Positions 37,701 to 49,371 of a stretch of DNA of 64,000 nucleotides are shown piece by piece (position 1 is the first letter of the stretch; every line of letters starts with the position of its first letter). Origin of the DNA: Styela clava (taxonomy: Eukaryota); assembly GCF_964204865.1 (NCBI RefSeq), contig NC_135255.1, positions 6,696,001-6,760,000 of the forward strand. Reading direction: 5' to 3'. Under the pieces are notes generated by a model, which searched no databases, was not told where the DNA came from, and saw nothing but the letters and a program-made list of their open reading frames with translations. Position numbers and translations under genes: made by a program.

Positions 37701-38759
37701 ATGATAGTAAAACGAGGAGTGGATCAGAATTTATATTGAAAATGCACTGATTGTATACTAGGCAAAGTCTCAATATTATGACAGGCTTTAATGGTGAAAT
37801 ATAATATGGTAATAGAGGAAATGAACTACTTCCTAATCTGGAATTGAAACCATGTCAATCATGGATACAAATTACAACGCTAGTATAAGGATCCATCATC
37901 TAGGCTTGACAGAATTTTCAAAACAATGGCACATGAACGTTATTTCTTGTACAGTAAGCTAAACTGCAGTTATGTACTTGTGTAAACAATGAATAAAAGA
38001 ACTTGAAGTAAATAACAAAAAAGGTATATTATAGATATATAACAATTAAAAATTGGTGCACTAAAGTTTAAAAATATTGAACAACATTGATATTCTAAGC
38101 TAAATGAAATGAATAAAACACCATATGCATGATGCCAAATAAAGTAAGCAAATCAATTTAAAACCTTTTTAAAAATGTGCAGAGAGCAACAGAGGCAAGC
38201 AACATGAATTATTCAGGGGAAAAGAAATATTCAATACACAGGCGGACACAGGGTGCAGGATAATAGCTAATACATATGTATGCTTGTCAATTCAAAATGC
38301 ATCTCAGTACTTACAATCAGAGATAGCACTATATTTCAACAACACCACCAATTTTTCAAGTAATATTAATAACGCAGTCAAATAATGTGGTTGCTCATGC
38401 ATATTTCCTGTTTAAAACCACATTGAATACATTCCAAAATACAGCCTTAAAATTCTGCATACATTGAAAATTGAAAAGAGGCTAACATTACTTCCACTGA
38501 AATTCATACCTGAGCCTTCATCATCATCTGTGTCTTCATCGTCAATAGGCAAGTCTGGATTTACGGTATGTGTCGCTCCATCTCCAGATGATTCTTCAGG
38601 TTCGAAATATAAATCCTGGCAATTGAAATAATAGCCATAAGCTGGGTAAAAGGTAATCAGAGAAACTACTTAAAGTATATAGAATATAGAACTTACCATT
38701 TGGGCATGACTAATGCCTATTAGACAGATACAGAAAATTAATAATTCCACAAACTTCAT
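34790..38759 (-). CDS. SDC: Syndecan (type I transmembrane heparan sulfate proteoglycan)
   Basis: Exons on minus strand: 38759-38697 (signal peptide MKFVELLIFCICLIGISHAQM), 38615-38510 (DLYFEPEESSGDG...DDEDTDDDEGSG, acidic Ser-Gly GAG sites), 37472-37266 (Thr-rich, weaker splice sites), 35687-35626, 35490-35446, 35237-35166, 35074-34790 (TM FLGAIIAGACIGLLFAICVIMLLVY, syndecan C1 motif RMRKKDEGSY, tail KEYFA*). All phases are compatible. Confidence 0.95.
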
Positions 38760-39639
38760 ACTTCCAATTTTTGTGATACCGAATACTTCCACAGATGAAA
38801 TCCGAGAGTAAATGTACGTCCTGAAACCACCTGTTATTATTTATTTGATGGTACCACAAGTATAATCCAAAAAATATAAGTGAACTCTCCAAATCTGGTA
38901 GCAAAACCAATCAAGTGTTAAATATATGCGTTTCAAAGTAGTGCAATGTAGATTCCTTAAATTAAGTGAACTAAAGAAGGGTTGAAAGTGCAAAATAAGT
39001 TATATTACAATATTTTGAGATTTTAGGATAGGGCTGTGCTTGCTACATTTGGTTACCATATTCTAATACTGTACTATAAAGATCAAATTAATAACAATTT
39101 CTGCTGATTTTTTTTTCAATATTATTATTAAGTGTGATTGTTTATAAAAACCGGAACTGAGTACTACTTTTTTTATTCAAAATAGTAAATTGGTAGAACA
39201 CTATGTAGACTTAAATATCAGAATATAGTAGTATTCATAATTAGTTATAGCACGCTGGCATTAGTATATGGTATGATATAGCAGGAATAACACACAATAA
39301 ACGATAATTCCACATGTATATATGGTTATATATCATAACTCTTCCCGATAGTAATCCATCACAGCCCTAATGCTGTAATATTTTGTCATCTTTGCCAATG
39401 TTTATAATACAGCAGCCTACAATAAGCAATACCTGACAAACACTGTAGTATACTTATGACAGCTGGTTTTAAAAAATTTTATTTCTTTTGAACCAGGCTT
39501 CTCACACAGGTGCTAAAACGTTAATAGAATTAAAGATAATGTGAACTAAAAAACTTAATGTCTGAATGTTACTCTACAAAAGCATCACTGCAGTATAACC
39601 GATGCATAATGCTATAATGTTCTCAAATTTATTAAATTT

Positions 39640-40260
39640 TGAAGCGAGCCGCGGGCTAGCCTACCGATACGGCGATCGCCAGCGTCTTTTCGCCAACAGC
39701 CAGACAACCAAAGAACAGTGTCAGCGATAGCCGATTACTCAAATTTATCAATTTACAACACTTATAGTCTGATAGTATACTACAGTAAGGTACTTTTGAG
39801 TAACGTTATCACATTAAGATTAAGATAAAACTATACGCTGATATCTGACGTTATATATCTACTGTATAAGTTAGATATATACAGTACAGCAGTACCCCTA
39901 TACTGCTATAAACTATCGATTTAGATAGATACAGTTACTCAAAAAGCAGATAAGAGCGTACCTAGAGCGTACAGCAATACAGAAACATAACAGACTCTAA
40001 CAGAAAACAATATGAATTCCAATTATTAACCAAGCAACTTAGATATCGAAAAAGAAATACCCCGCCGTAAAAACTCCGAAACTACGGAAGCCGTTTCGGC
40101 GGCGACGAGCGAAAACAATGATCACGCGACGGCTGGCAATTGTATTCATCCGCCAGTTGCGTCACTTTCGACGCTTTTCTCCTTTCTCGTTGACGAGAAC
40201 GTCGCAGATAAGGGGAATATACGCCTGGACATTGGACTGCATACACGATGATTAAATTTT
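39640..40260. promoter_or_regulatory. CpG-rich promoter/first-intron region of syndecan
   Basis: Abrupt rise in CG dinucleotides (e.g. gaagcgagccgcggg at ~39641, ggcggcgacgagcg at ~40098) at the 5' end of an otherwise CpG-poor gene body. Confidence 0.55.
39962..40110 (-). other. Probable non-coding first exon (5' UTR) of syndecan
   Basis: Donor CTAG|GTACGC at 39962/39961 on minus. The ATG-bearing exon has its own acceptor at 38821-38822. The region lies in a CpG-rich island. The 5' limit is a guess. Confidence 0.45.
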
Positions 40261-41805
40261 GAGAACAAATCTCGCCCAAAGAAATGTGCTTTCTATATCT
40301 TTAGTAGTCAAAATGCAATTGTTTGTTTACAACCGCAGCACTTTGCATGGGCATCAGTTCAATTACCATAAAAGGCATCGTCGCGCTATTGTCTTGTGTT
40401 GTAGCCTATTTTATTTAACATTTTACAATGCTTGGCCCGTTAATTGGCACATGTAAAGTGATATGTGTATATCTTTCACTCGCACCCCGCGCGTCGATAT
40501 TAGCTCGAAAAGTGGGGGCACATGGGGCTGCGAAAGAAGAACTGAGATAACAGTCATGCATAACTGATAAGAAGCAAACGATATACTGAAATTGGTAGGC
40601 TACTTTATATTTCGAGATTTGAAAAAAATATATATATTTGAAATTGATGTATCTTAGAGGTGAACTTCCCGTCACATATGTCGCCATTTCGTTTTCAGTG
40701 CTTTTGATGAGTTGGGGGGCTACTAACTTCAAAAACGATTGAACAGTTTTAATTTGGCTTTTCAACACATTAAAATTTGACGACGCCATCAAATGTGTTA
40801 CTGCAATAACGCCACATCTATGAAAGCACCGTCCCATCTGGGTAGTGGATGTGACCAACCTGCTTACGACCGCGATCGACTGAAATCTCGGCTCTGTGGG
40901 CGCATTTTAAACAAAATCGTCACAAAAATTTGTATTCATTATGTTCCATTTAATTTGTTAATTCAATCATGTAATTGTACCCGGAGTAAATTTTCATAAT
41001 TTATTTAATATTTATTCGAATCATACAATTCAGATCTAAGGTCTGCGTAATTTTTAGTCGTAAAAGTTGGAAATTCTCAAAAATCTTTGCCCAGTCGGCT
41101 ATAGGCTAGGGCATAGGCCTACATATTATCTAGACAGCGAAGAGTAAATATTCTCAAATCATGAATGTTACATGACTGCTCAAACTTCAGTATCTAATTT
41201 ATCGTGGCGATCGACGTGTTGGCCATCCCTGTTATATAGGATTTAAACGGCATATTTACAGTCATACTGCATTGCGACTTTAAATTCTGAATTTAAGGCT
41301 ATGCACCCCTGACCACGAGAATTTTGAGAAGGAAAAGTACATGTTGGTTCCCATTTTTCCATCGTTCTACCATATATTAAAGTTATAAAGCACTATGTGG
41401 GCTACCTCATACCTCAGATTTCTACGATCAAAAAATGGATTCTTGAATCTCACATTTTTGATTATTTAATTCTACCTTCTTTCCCACCGTATACACCCCA
41501 AAAAAACAGTCAGAATATTCTGGAAACGAATTTTACAACGAGAAGGAAGTTGCGGCAAATAAATAGAAACATGGATGATAACTATAATAAAAGATTAAAA
41601 AAAAGCAAATACAGTAGTAAAAGAATATTGAAGATAAAGAATAGAAAAGGAGCATCAGCGAATGGCAACGGAAGAAACATTACAAGACAATTTACAGATA
41701 AATAAAAATGCAACGGATGATGTAAATAAAAACAACGCATATTTGTTTTTGTGTAAATGTCACATGACTCGAAAACGAGAAAAATGGAATGAAACATGTT
41801 TATTT

Positions 41806-44800
41806 TCAACAAAAACAAGAATGCCAGCACGATTTTTTGCCCGACTCACTGCCATCTGGAGTAGATTGTCTGCTGCTGCGTAGAATGCTCAGCACCGAGT
41901 CCAACCGTTTTCTGGGTGTTTGCGGCAAAGATTTATTTTTTCCTTTCGATGTTCTTCTGTGTATCACACGAGTAGTCAAATGTTGGAAAACACGATGTAA
42001 TCTGGCAACACTATTATTCGAAACCTCAGCAAAGCCTACACACTCTTGCCAAGAACCAACGATTCCTCGAACATATTCAGAAGAGACTTGCGTCCCTCGC
42101 GATTTATGAGTTTGATTTAGAACTTCGGCCGCTAAAGACATTTGCTTTTGGAATACGTTCCTCCTACGTGACCCATTACTTCGAGGACTAAACGAAAACG
42201 CAGAACTCAGCAAATGATCATTGCTCGCTTTTCTTTCCATAACTGGACTTTCAGACCAAGGGGATGCAGTAGGAGCAGTCACATCCTAAAAAAAAAAAAA
42301 ATATTGTAAATTTGATGGACGTTTTTCCCGCCTTCATCACTGAGAAAATATTTTTAGATGTCATTTATCATATTGGCCAGGTCATTTATTGCACTGAAAT
42401 AATCGGCCTAATTGAAGTTCAAAACTACGTATTGTCTGTCTCCAGGTGTAATTTTATATTCATTTTCAAATCAGTTTTCAGGAACTACATCAACTTACAA
42501 TGTGGGTTCCAACTACTGCAATTGGAGGTAAAGAATCCTCTCCAACTAATCCTGTCATTCGTTTGTTGCTGTTTGTCGCAAGATGATAAGATGGGTCAAC
42601 TCTTTTCTTCCTGCCGTTGTCCGGAGAGGGTGATTGTGACCTCTCCATACTAGCACAAGGGTGCCCTCTGACGGACAAAATTTTATCTCTAATTTGTTGC
42701 ACGGTGTCAAAAGAACGTCCGTCTTGAACTGAGTAAACTAGAATGAATGCGTCGGCAGCTCTAATGGCTTCATCGTGTATTGTAGATTTCCCGTCTTGCT
42801 TCCGATAAATGAACGAAGGTACAACATTCCTGTAAAATGTGGAAAATGTTATTGTCTGAATTTTCCATGCCCCTTTCATGCCATATTACCAAGAGAGCAA
42901 TGCTCAAGTATATGGGCACGAAAGTCAAACATATTAGTACGGGTATACAATTCACACAGAAGACTACGGGTATTGCATTCTTCGCCTGACTATCAGATAG
43001 CAGCAGACATGAGGGCGGAACCACCACAGGGTGCGCAATTTTTAGGTTTGATGCCTTTTTCACACCAATTTTATTTCGCCAATAGTAAAACGAGAATATC
43101 GGTCGGAGATCGAATACTTATCGATCTTAGATCGGTAATTAGTTAATAACTCGCTAATTATACGACATAATTAACCCAAAATCTATAGGCTTCTGGTCCG
43201 AGGTAAGATGCATGCACATGCAAAATTTGGAGCAGATTCAAGCACGCGTTCGCGAGATATCGCGTTCATCTAACAGACACACACACAGACACACAGACAG
43301 ACATACATACATACAGACAAATACCTATCAATATACTTACCGATCTTAAGATCGATAAGTAACAAAAGAGCGCGGTAAAAAGGCGACAATGCTGTGGCAA
43401 CGAAAAAGCGGTGTTTCGACGATGCGTTTCGGACACGTTTATGTGATTTATCTCTTTATTGAATTTATGGATATCATATATATATATATAATGCATATTT
43501 GATGCCATAAAAAATATACACAATCTCATTCTTTTCGGAGAGAAAGGTTTGTTAATTTTATGCGTAATAGTAAAATACGTACAGGGCCGTCACGTATGTA
43601 CGAGTGACGCAAAACATTAAATAAAATTTTCAGGTCACGGAAAGTTGCGCCGATTTATGTACCGCGTGTTAATTTAGCAGTTTCAATCGATATGAGACGC
43701 ATGACGATATGGTATAGAAAATGAAATCCTAATTTTTATGCTAAAATATTTTAGAATCATTTTACATTTCATCCTTCTTATATTTCCCTTTTCATTTCAT
43801 AACTACAGTTTTAGTAGAAAGCCAATCAAGTAAAATGTTTCGTGAACCATTTTTTGAATGTTTCATTGTTACTGACAAGGATACACTGACCACTTCGGCT
43901 TGACCACCGCCGAGTACTAAGGCAACGTAAAACTAAACTGATAGATAATCCTATCTGAATCCGCTGTAATAAAACGGTAACGTAACATGCCATTCAGCCG
44001 AATTGATATCAATAAATCTATTTTGCTGCACGCCTCAATACCGAATATCCAGAAATAGATATTTTTCGCAAAACAATGCAACCGGAAGTAGACGTGTTTT
44101 CTGTTTATTTGACCTTCCGCCGACAAAAATGAGGAAATTTTCAAGCGTAATTCAGCGTTGGTAATATTAGGTCATTGTTATAAAATCGGAATAGGTAATA
44201 GGTGATGAACACGCTATTTAAATATTAACAGCAGTATCAAATAATTTTCACTATGGACTTTCTTAATTTGTTTATAAACTAATAGAGTGTTGCATCCATG
44301 TTAGACATCTTACTTATTCATTTTACATTTATAAAACCTAAATACTTCGGCAATTTATCTCTTGCTGAAACAGCATTAAAAGCTCTGAAGAATTGTTGTT
44401 GTTTTGTATCGTAACTCAGATGCATTTTCACAATGGAGAAGAAACTCCGATGTCACCTATTCTGCATAATGCAGCTAATGCAAACGTGTCAAATTTGCAA
44501 GCATTATACCTAGTGAATAGAATTGGATGAAATTATATATTTCCACAAAACGTTGGATTTGTACAACTACAGGTTGATCTCGTTCGTGACTGAAAGCTGT
44601 TATTTTTGCTATCAGGTCAGACCTTCCTGATTGCTGGAATATCACAAATAAGTTTATGTGTGGATTTTCCATTTAAATTTGTTTTATTTAGAAATAGGAA
44701 TTCTGCTCGTCGAGACTGATTTATTTTGGTAAATTAATGCATTTACATTTGTTACTTATTGAACATCGTACTCATGAAATAAGGTGTAACAAAAAAGTCT

Positions 44801-47427
44801 AAACCTGGGTTTCTCAAACTGGGAACTCGAAAGAAGGGCACGAGCAAATGACCCCGTTAAGTACGTAAATTGACTGCAGTTTGTTCAATTATTTAATTAT
44901 ATTGCGCGCTGTAACAGTAAATGCCAAGCAGGGCCTTTGTCAACACTCGGATTTTCCCCGATCAAATCCTAATCTGACAGTTTATGTTTAAAAAGGTGCT
45001 CACATAATTAAAAATAGACATATTGTTTGTCTGTCAGGTAAGGGTTGCCACAACTTCTGTAAAAGCTGATTTCAACAAACTATGCAAAAACTCGAAATTT
45101 TAATAATCCCACTAAAATGTTAAATCAATAAAATTTTGCGTTGTGAGAACTTTTTAATTCGTTGTGTACACTGAAAAACTAAATTTTATGTGCGGCCCAG
45201 CTAAATGTCTGTTATAAGTTGGTTATATGACCCACCGACAAAGTATGTTGCACACCCCTGGTCTGAACAATCAACAATCTCCGTTGTATATGATTCTAGT
45301 ATTGCATTTCGGGAAAAGAAGATAATTATCTTGATAACACCGCTAAATTAACATAAGGGTTATTATCAATTTATAACAAAATTACTCAAGATCGTATGGG
45401 CGCACTAAGGTCATGAAATCACCATAAATGTATAATGATACTGAGGTATGAGTGTATGCTGAGCATAAACCACGTTAAAAATAAATTGTTGTTACCGTGT
45501 AATCTAAGGTGAAAGTCCACGAAAAACACAGTTTCCTGGTAATCTAGCTCAAAAACAACTCCAATGCGTTTCATACGTGTTTATGTAATCTATATATAAT
45601 CTGTGACGGAAGTCAGATTTAGGTTTCAAGTTTATCTAATTTTACAATAAACCGCTACAAAATAAAACCTCAAATGTTGACAAAATACTAAGCATTTAAA
45701 CTCCATTTTGAACAGAATAATGAATATTAAAATGATCGTCTCATTCACCCATTCTAGTTCATTGCATTTTATTTATTACTTGGATCTTTGAAAATATTTT
45801 AGACGTAGCTTACATGGACTTGTTCGACTCTACAAAATTTTTCTTGTATCTTCTAGTTATGGGACTTTTCAACGTCGATACTGGGGGCCTTCGTCGTGGT
45901 GTCAGTCGTTGGGCAAGCCGTTGCCTCAAAGATTTACGTGGTGCGTACGTTCGTTTAAAACTGAAATTAAGAAATGTAGTAAGTATGGAAGGCTTTGAGC
46001 GCTCTTCAAGTTAAAATAAAATTAGGTATCAAAATTGTTGTATTTCGAAAATACAGTGAGGGGGTTTCCGCATATTGCAAACGACCAAACTTAACTATTA
46101 TCAATGGCCATTGAAAATGTGAAATGAATGATTTGGCAAGTTTCGTATGAATACAGAAAATTCAGCTTAAAAGCATTTTTACATTGAATAGTATGTATGA
46201 TAGATATATATAGGTGTACATACCTTGCAGTATCAGTGACTTTGATCATAGTCTTGAATTCATTGGTGTCTAATTCATTGTTATTTGAATTTTTTCGTTT
46301 ATGATGTTTACCTTGTGCATTACGGAGTAACGTAGAGTTTTGCTGAAAAATTATATTTGAAATATAAGTAATAATAAAATCCCGTTAAACTAATGTAAAT
46401 AGTGAAAATTTTGTATACAATTTTTGTTTGCAATATTTGAAACAAGCAGCATTTGGATTACATCAACTGAAAACATATTTTTAACTTTAACTACTGAAAA
46501 TTTAAAATCAAATGTTCAATGAAAAAAACAGATTTTTTCATAATAACCACAACACAACCAACAACTATAGCAACAAGAACTATTCAGCAAATTGATTGAC
46601 TTGAATTACTTCTAATCTATCGTCAGTCAGCATTTACGAATAATCTCAATGCTGATATTTTAATTTCTAAATTCATTTAATTATGTAAATCTAATATACA
46701 CAATTTTCTTTTAGTTTGGTAGTAGTTGTATTCAATTACACGCCTTTTATGACAAAAACAATCTAATTAGAGACGAGACAGCAAACCTGAATGGCTTTAG
46801 TAATTTAGCACATTTTTAATCTTATTTTGTTCATAATTTCTTGTGAACAAATAATTTATCGATCCCGTAGAAATTGAAATAAACTTACTTGATCAGAAGA
46901 GTTGATGTCCATTTTCCAAAGGCATTCCACGCCTTCTTCTTTTGCTTCCGAATCCCATTTTTCTGATAGTTCTGTCAGATTCAACTCCTTGTAAAAGGAA
47001 GCTTCAATTGTGGGTGGACAACTCCCTCTGTAAGAATTAAAAAAATTGGGTGATTATTGTGACATAACATTACGAGAAAAAAACAGAGCAATGCGCAAAT
47101 AAAGAAAGACAAAATACCGACACCGCACCTGTAGTATATATAAGTTATAGCTTTCATGGAGACCCTTTCATTTTTATTTACTGGAAATTCGGATGGGAGA
47201 ATACGAAGAGAAAATATCTTTTGTTTTAAAAAAATAAACAGAAACAAATTAGCAGTAGACCGACCCTCTTGTAGTCAAATATAATACAATAATCATACTT
47301 ACGCTTCGACTTTCTTCTCGTTTATAAACTGCAGGGTGACTGCGGTCTTCCCCACAGAAGAGCCGCCCAATATGACAATATTTACTGGCAACTTTGCTGC
47401 TTCAATAGATTCCCTGAAGGGCGCCAT
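41806..47427 (-). CDS. Atypical Ras-family small GTPase-like protein (~446 aa; RASD/DIRAS/RASL-like fold with large insertions)
   Basis: Exons on minus strand: 47427-47303 (ATG; IVILGGSSVGKT P-loop), 47027-46889 (CPPTIEASFYK effector loop), 46342-46224 (IKVTDTA), 45960-45814, 42829-42499 (AIRAADAFILVYSVQDGRSFDTVQQIRDKI...PPIAVVGTHI), 42285-41806 (D...FAEVSNN...LHRVFQHL...SCWHSCFC*). All introns are GT-AG and in phase. Confidence 0.85.
43089..43362 (-). mobile_element. DINE-1/HINE-like non-autonomous Helentron derivative in an intron of the Ras-like gene
   Basis: Minus strand begins TTACTTATCGATCTT-AAGATCGGTAAGTA (subTIR plus its inverted copy), then a GTCT/GTAT/GT microsatellite and core, then 3' subTIR AAGATCGATAAGT and a short stem-loop, ending in a T run. 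Confidence 0.65.
44805..45260. mobile_element. Old hAT-type MITE
   Basis: Ends CTGGGTTTCTCAAAC ... GTTGCACACCCCTG; flanks GTCTAAAC / GTCTGAAC (8 bp, 1 mismatch). Confidence 0.6.
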
Positions 47428-48328
47428 TAGTGAAACACGTATTTTGCAAATATTCTTCTCTTTTGTAAAGAGTATGAGAATTTATCCAGTATGAATATCT
47501 GTATAAAAATATTAAAATTTTATAATTCAGATTAAAAATTTTTTTGAACACATCCTTTTCGATATTTTCACATATATATATGTTCAATTTTATATAACCA
47601 CTATTTATTGGCGTCTCAATCGAAATATATATAATAATGTAGCGCATCAGTGAACCTGCTTGCAAATATTGTACTATTTGATTCTCAACATTTAGGAAGG
47701 ATTCGTGTCCTTGGTCTGATCCTTTCCTAACTTAAAAATACTTCATTTCTCCCAAAACTTTTTGTCTATATCACGTTATTGTTTTCCTCTCACTAGGGTA
47801 TGTAAATAGTGTAGTTTATGCAATAGATAACCCCATGTGCTATTAATAATCATGATAATCATGTGCTATTTGTACAGTAACGTCAATTAAAAATAGATAC
47901 AAATTGCAAGTTCATGTTGACCATGTAATGACAATACTTCTATTCTGATAGTTTCCGGTTCAGTCAGTAGGGTTCCATACCTAATAAAGTGATCAGGATA
48001 TTTCATAACATGCAGCCGTACGCGAGTATCAATTAGGAATTGAACAACATATACACTCCTTTCGTTTGACATAGAAGGATAGACAAGGCCAAGTAAAATC
48101 GCAAATCTAACGTGACCTAAGCATGCCATAGCTTTCCCTCGTGTCATGCACATATTGTTACATCTCAAAAAGTGCTTATTATGCCTTTAAGTCTTTTACG
48201 TCTTAAAAGTTCTGTAAATAAAGCGGAAGAATGCATCATGACATTGTTTTAGTCGTTTTTATGCGATTCTGGTGTATTTGTCTTGACAAGTCAGGAATTT
48301 GCGTCATTGAGTCTTTGTTGCCTATTTC

Positions 48329-48450
48329 TCATTTCTACAACAATGTATGGAAATATATTTGATGATCGAAGCCCGGAAAGTCGACGTGAGTCATTTCTAC
48401 AACAATGTATGGAAATATATTTGATGATCGAAGCCTGGAAAGTCGACGTG
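48329..48450. repeat. Direct tandem duplication (62-bp period, 2 copies)
   Basis: TCATTTCTACAACAATGTATGGAAATATATTTGATGATCGAAGCC(C/T)GGAAAGTCGACGTG occurs twice with 1 mismatch. Confidence 0.9.
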
Positions 48451-49371
48451 TTTCGAAGATTATAACTTGGATATTGTGCAAATCATATTCATTTTTCAAA
48501 ACACAGACTGAATAACATGTCTTTAGGTACGTTACGCATATTCGTAATGGCGATTGAACGTAAGTCACGCAACGAAAATCCCATCATGGACAACAATTGC
48601 AGATATAACCTTCCAGTCCGCTACACTAACTTAATCAAATCGACTACAATCACAGCTAAACGTATGAAGCACACCACATATATATATATAAGTTTTCACA
48701 TATAAGTTTTTTCTCGACTGGGCCACAACATACTGATCGGAAACACTGCGGACAACATAACAATTTGCCTCCATACAAGAGAGATCCGTTCCGTCCATCA
48801 TTGCTATATATATAAATGAAGACAAGAACGTGCTATTACCCACAGTGGTGTGATCTGCAGCTATTATTAAGTCATTAATATGTAAATTTATGAATAAGAA
48901 CTGTATGAAATTTGAACCTGTTTTATAACAATCTTAATTACAGTCAACACTCAGATGTGCTTGAAACTGAGCCTGAAATTTACGACTATGCTTATTGATT
49001 GAAATTTCGTCTGAATATGCTTCTTCAGTCACCTGCATAACTGTCAAGACGCTTAATTTCTTAGTAAAACATAAATAAGGAAATCTTTTAATTATAGTTA
49101 CTCATATCACGAGTAATAATGTTGTGAAATGCGCACGAGGTGGTGTAATACGATTTGGAGTCGTTACATGAGTATTTTATCTAAGTTGCGAACTTCTATG
49201 AATTATATAACCCTAGCTATACCTGTTGGTGTTGACTAAATACATCACTGAGTGGATTTTTCATATTTGATTCACAATTTTTGCATTTAATTTAAACCAC
49301 ATGATTGGTCAACTGACTTTATTTAATCATTTCCTGAAAGCCAATATCTAACCAAAATGGCCGTGCTTCAA

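Noticed and set aside
38697-38716. 13- or 20-nt syndecan microexon fed by a coding exon at ~39962
   Set aside because: The exon extends to 38820 and itself contains ATG plus a full signal peptide; the upstream exon has stops or no ATG in the compatible frames.
40260-41800. Operon linking the co-oriented Ras-like gene and syndecan
   Set aside because: About 0.8-0.9 kb separates the Ras-like poly(A) signals (~41000) from syndecan exon 1, and syndecan has its own CpG-rich promoter-like region.
40415-41883. ORF-track entries of 68-147 aa between the Ras-like gene and syndecan
   Set aside because: No recognisable motifs or splice-compatible structure; they overlap the Ras-like 3' UTR or intergenic DNA.
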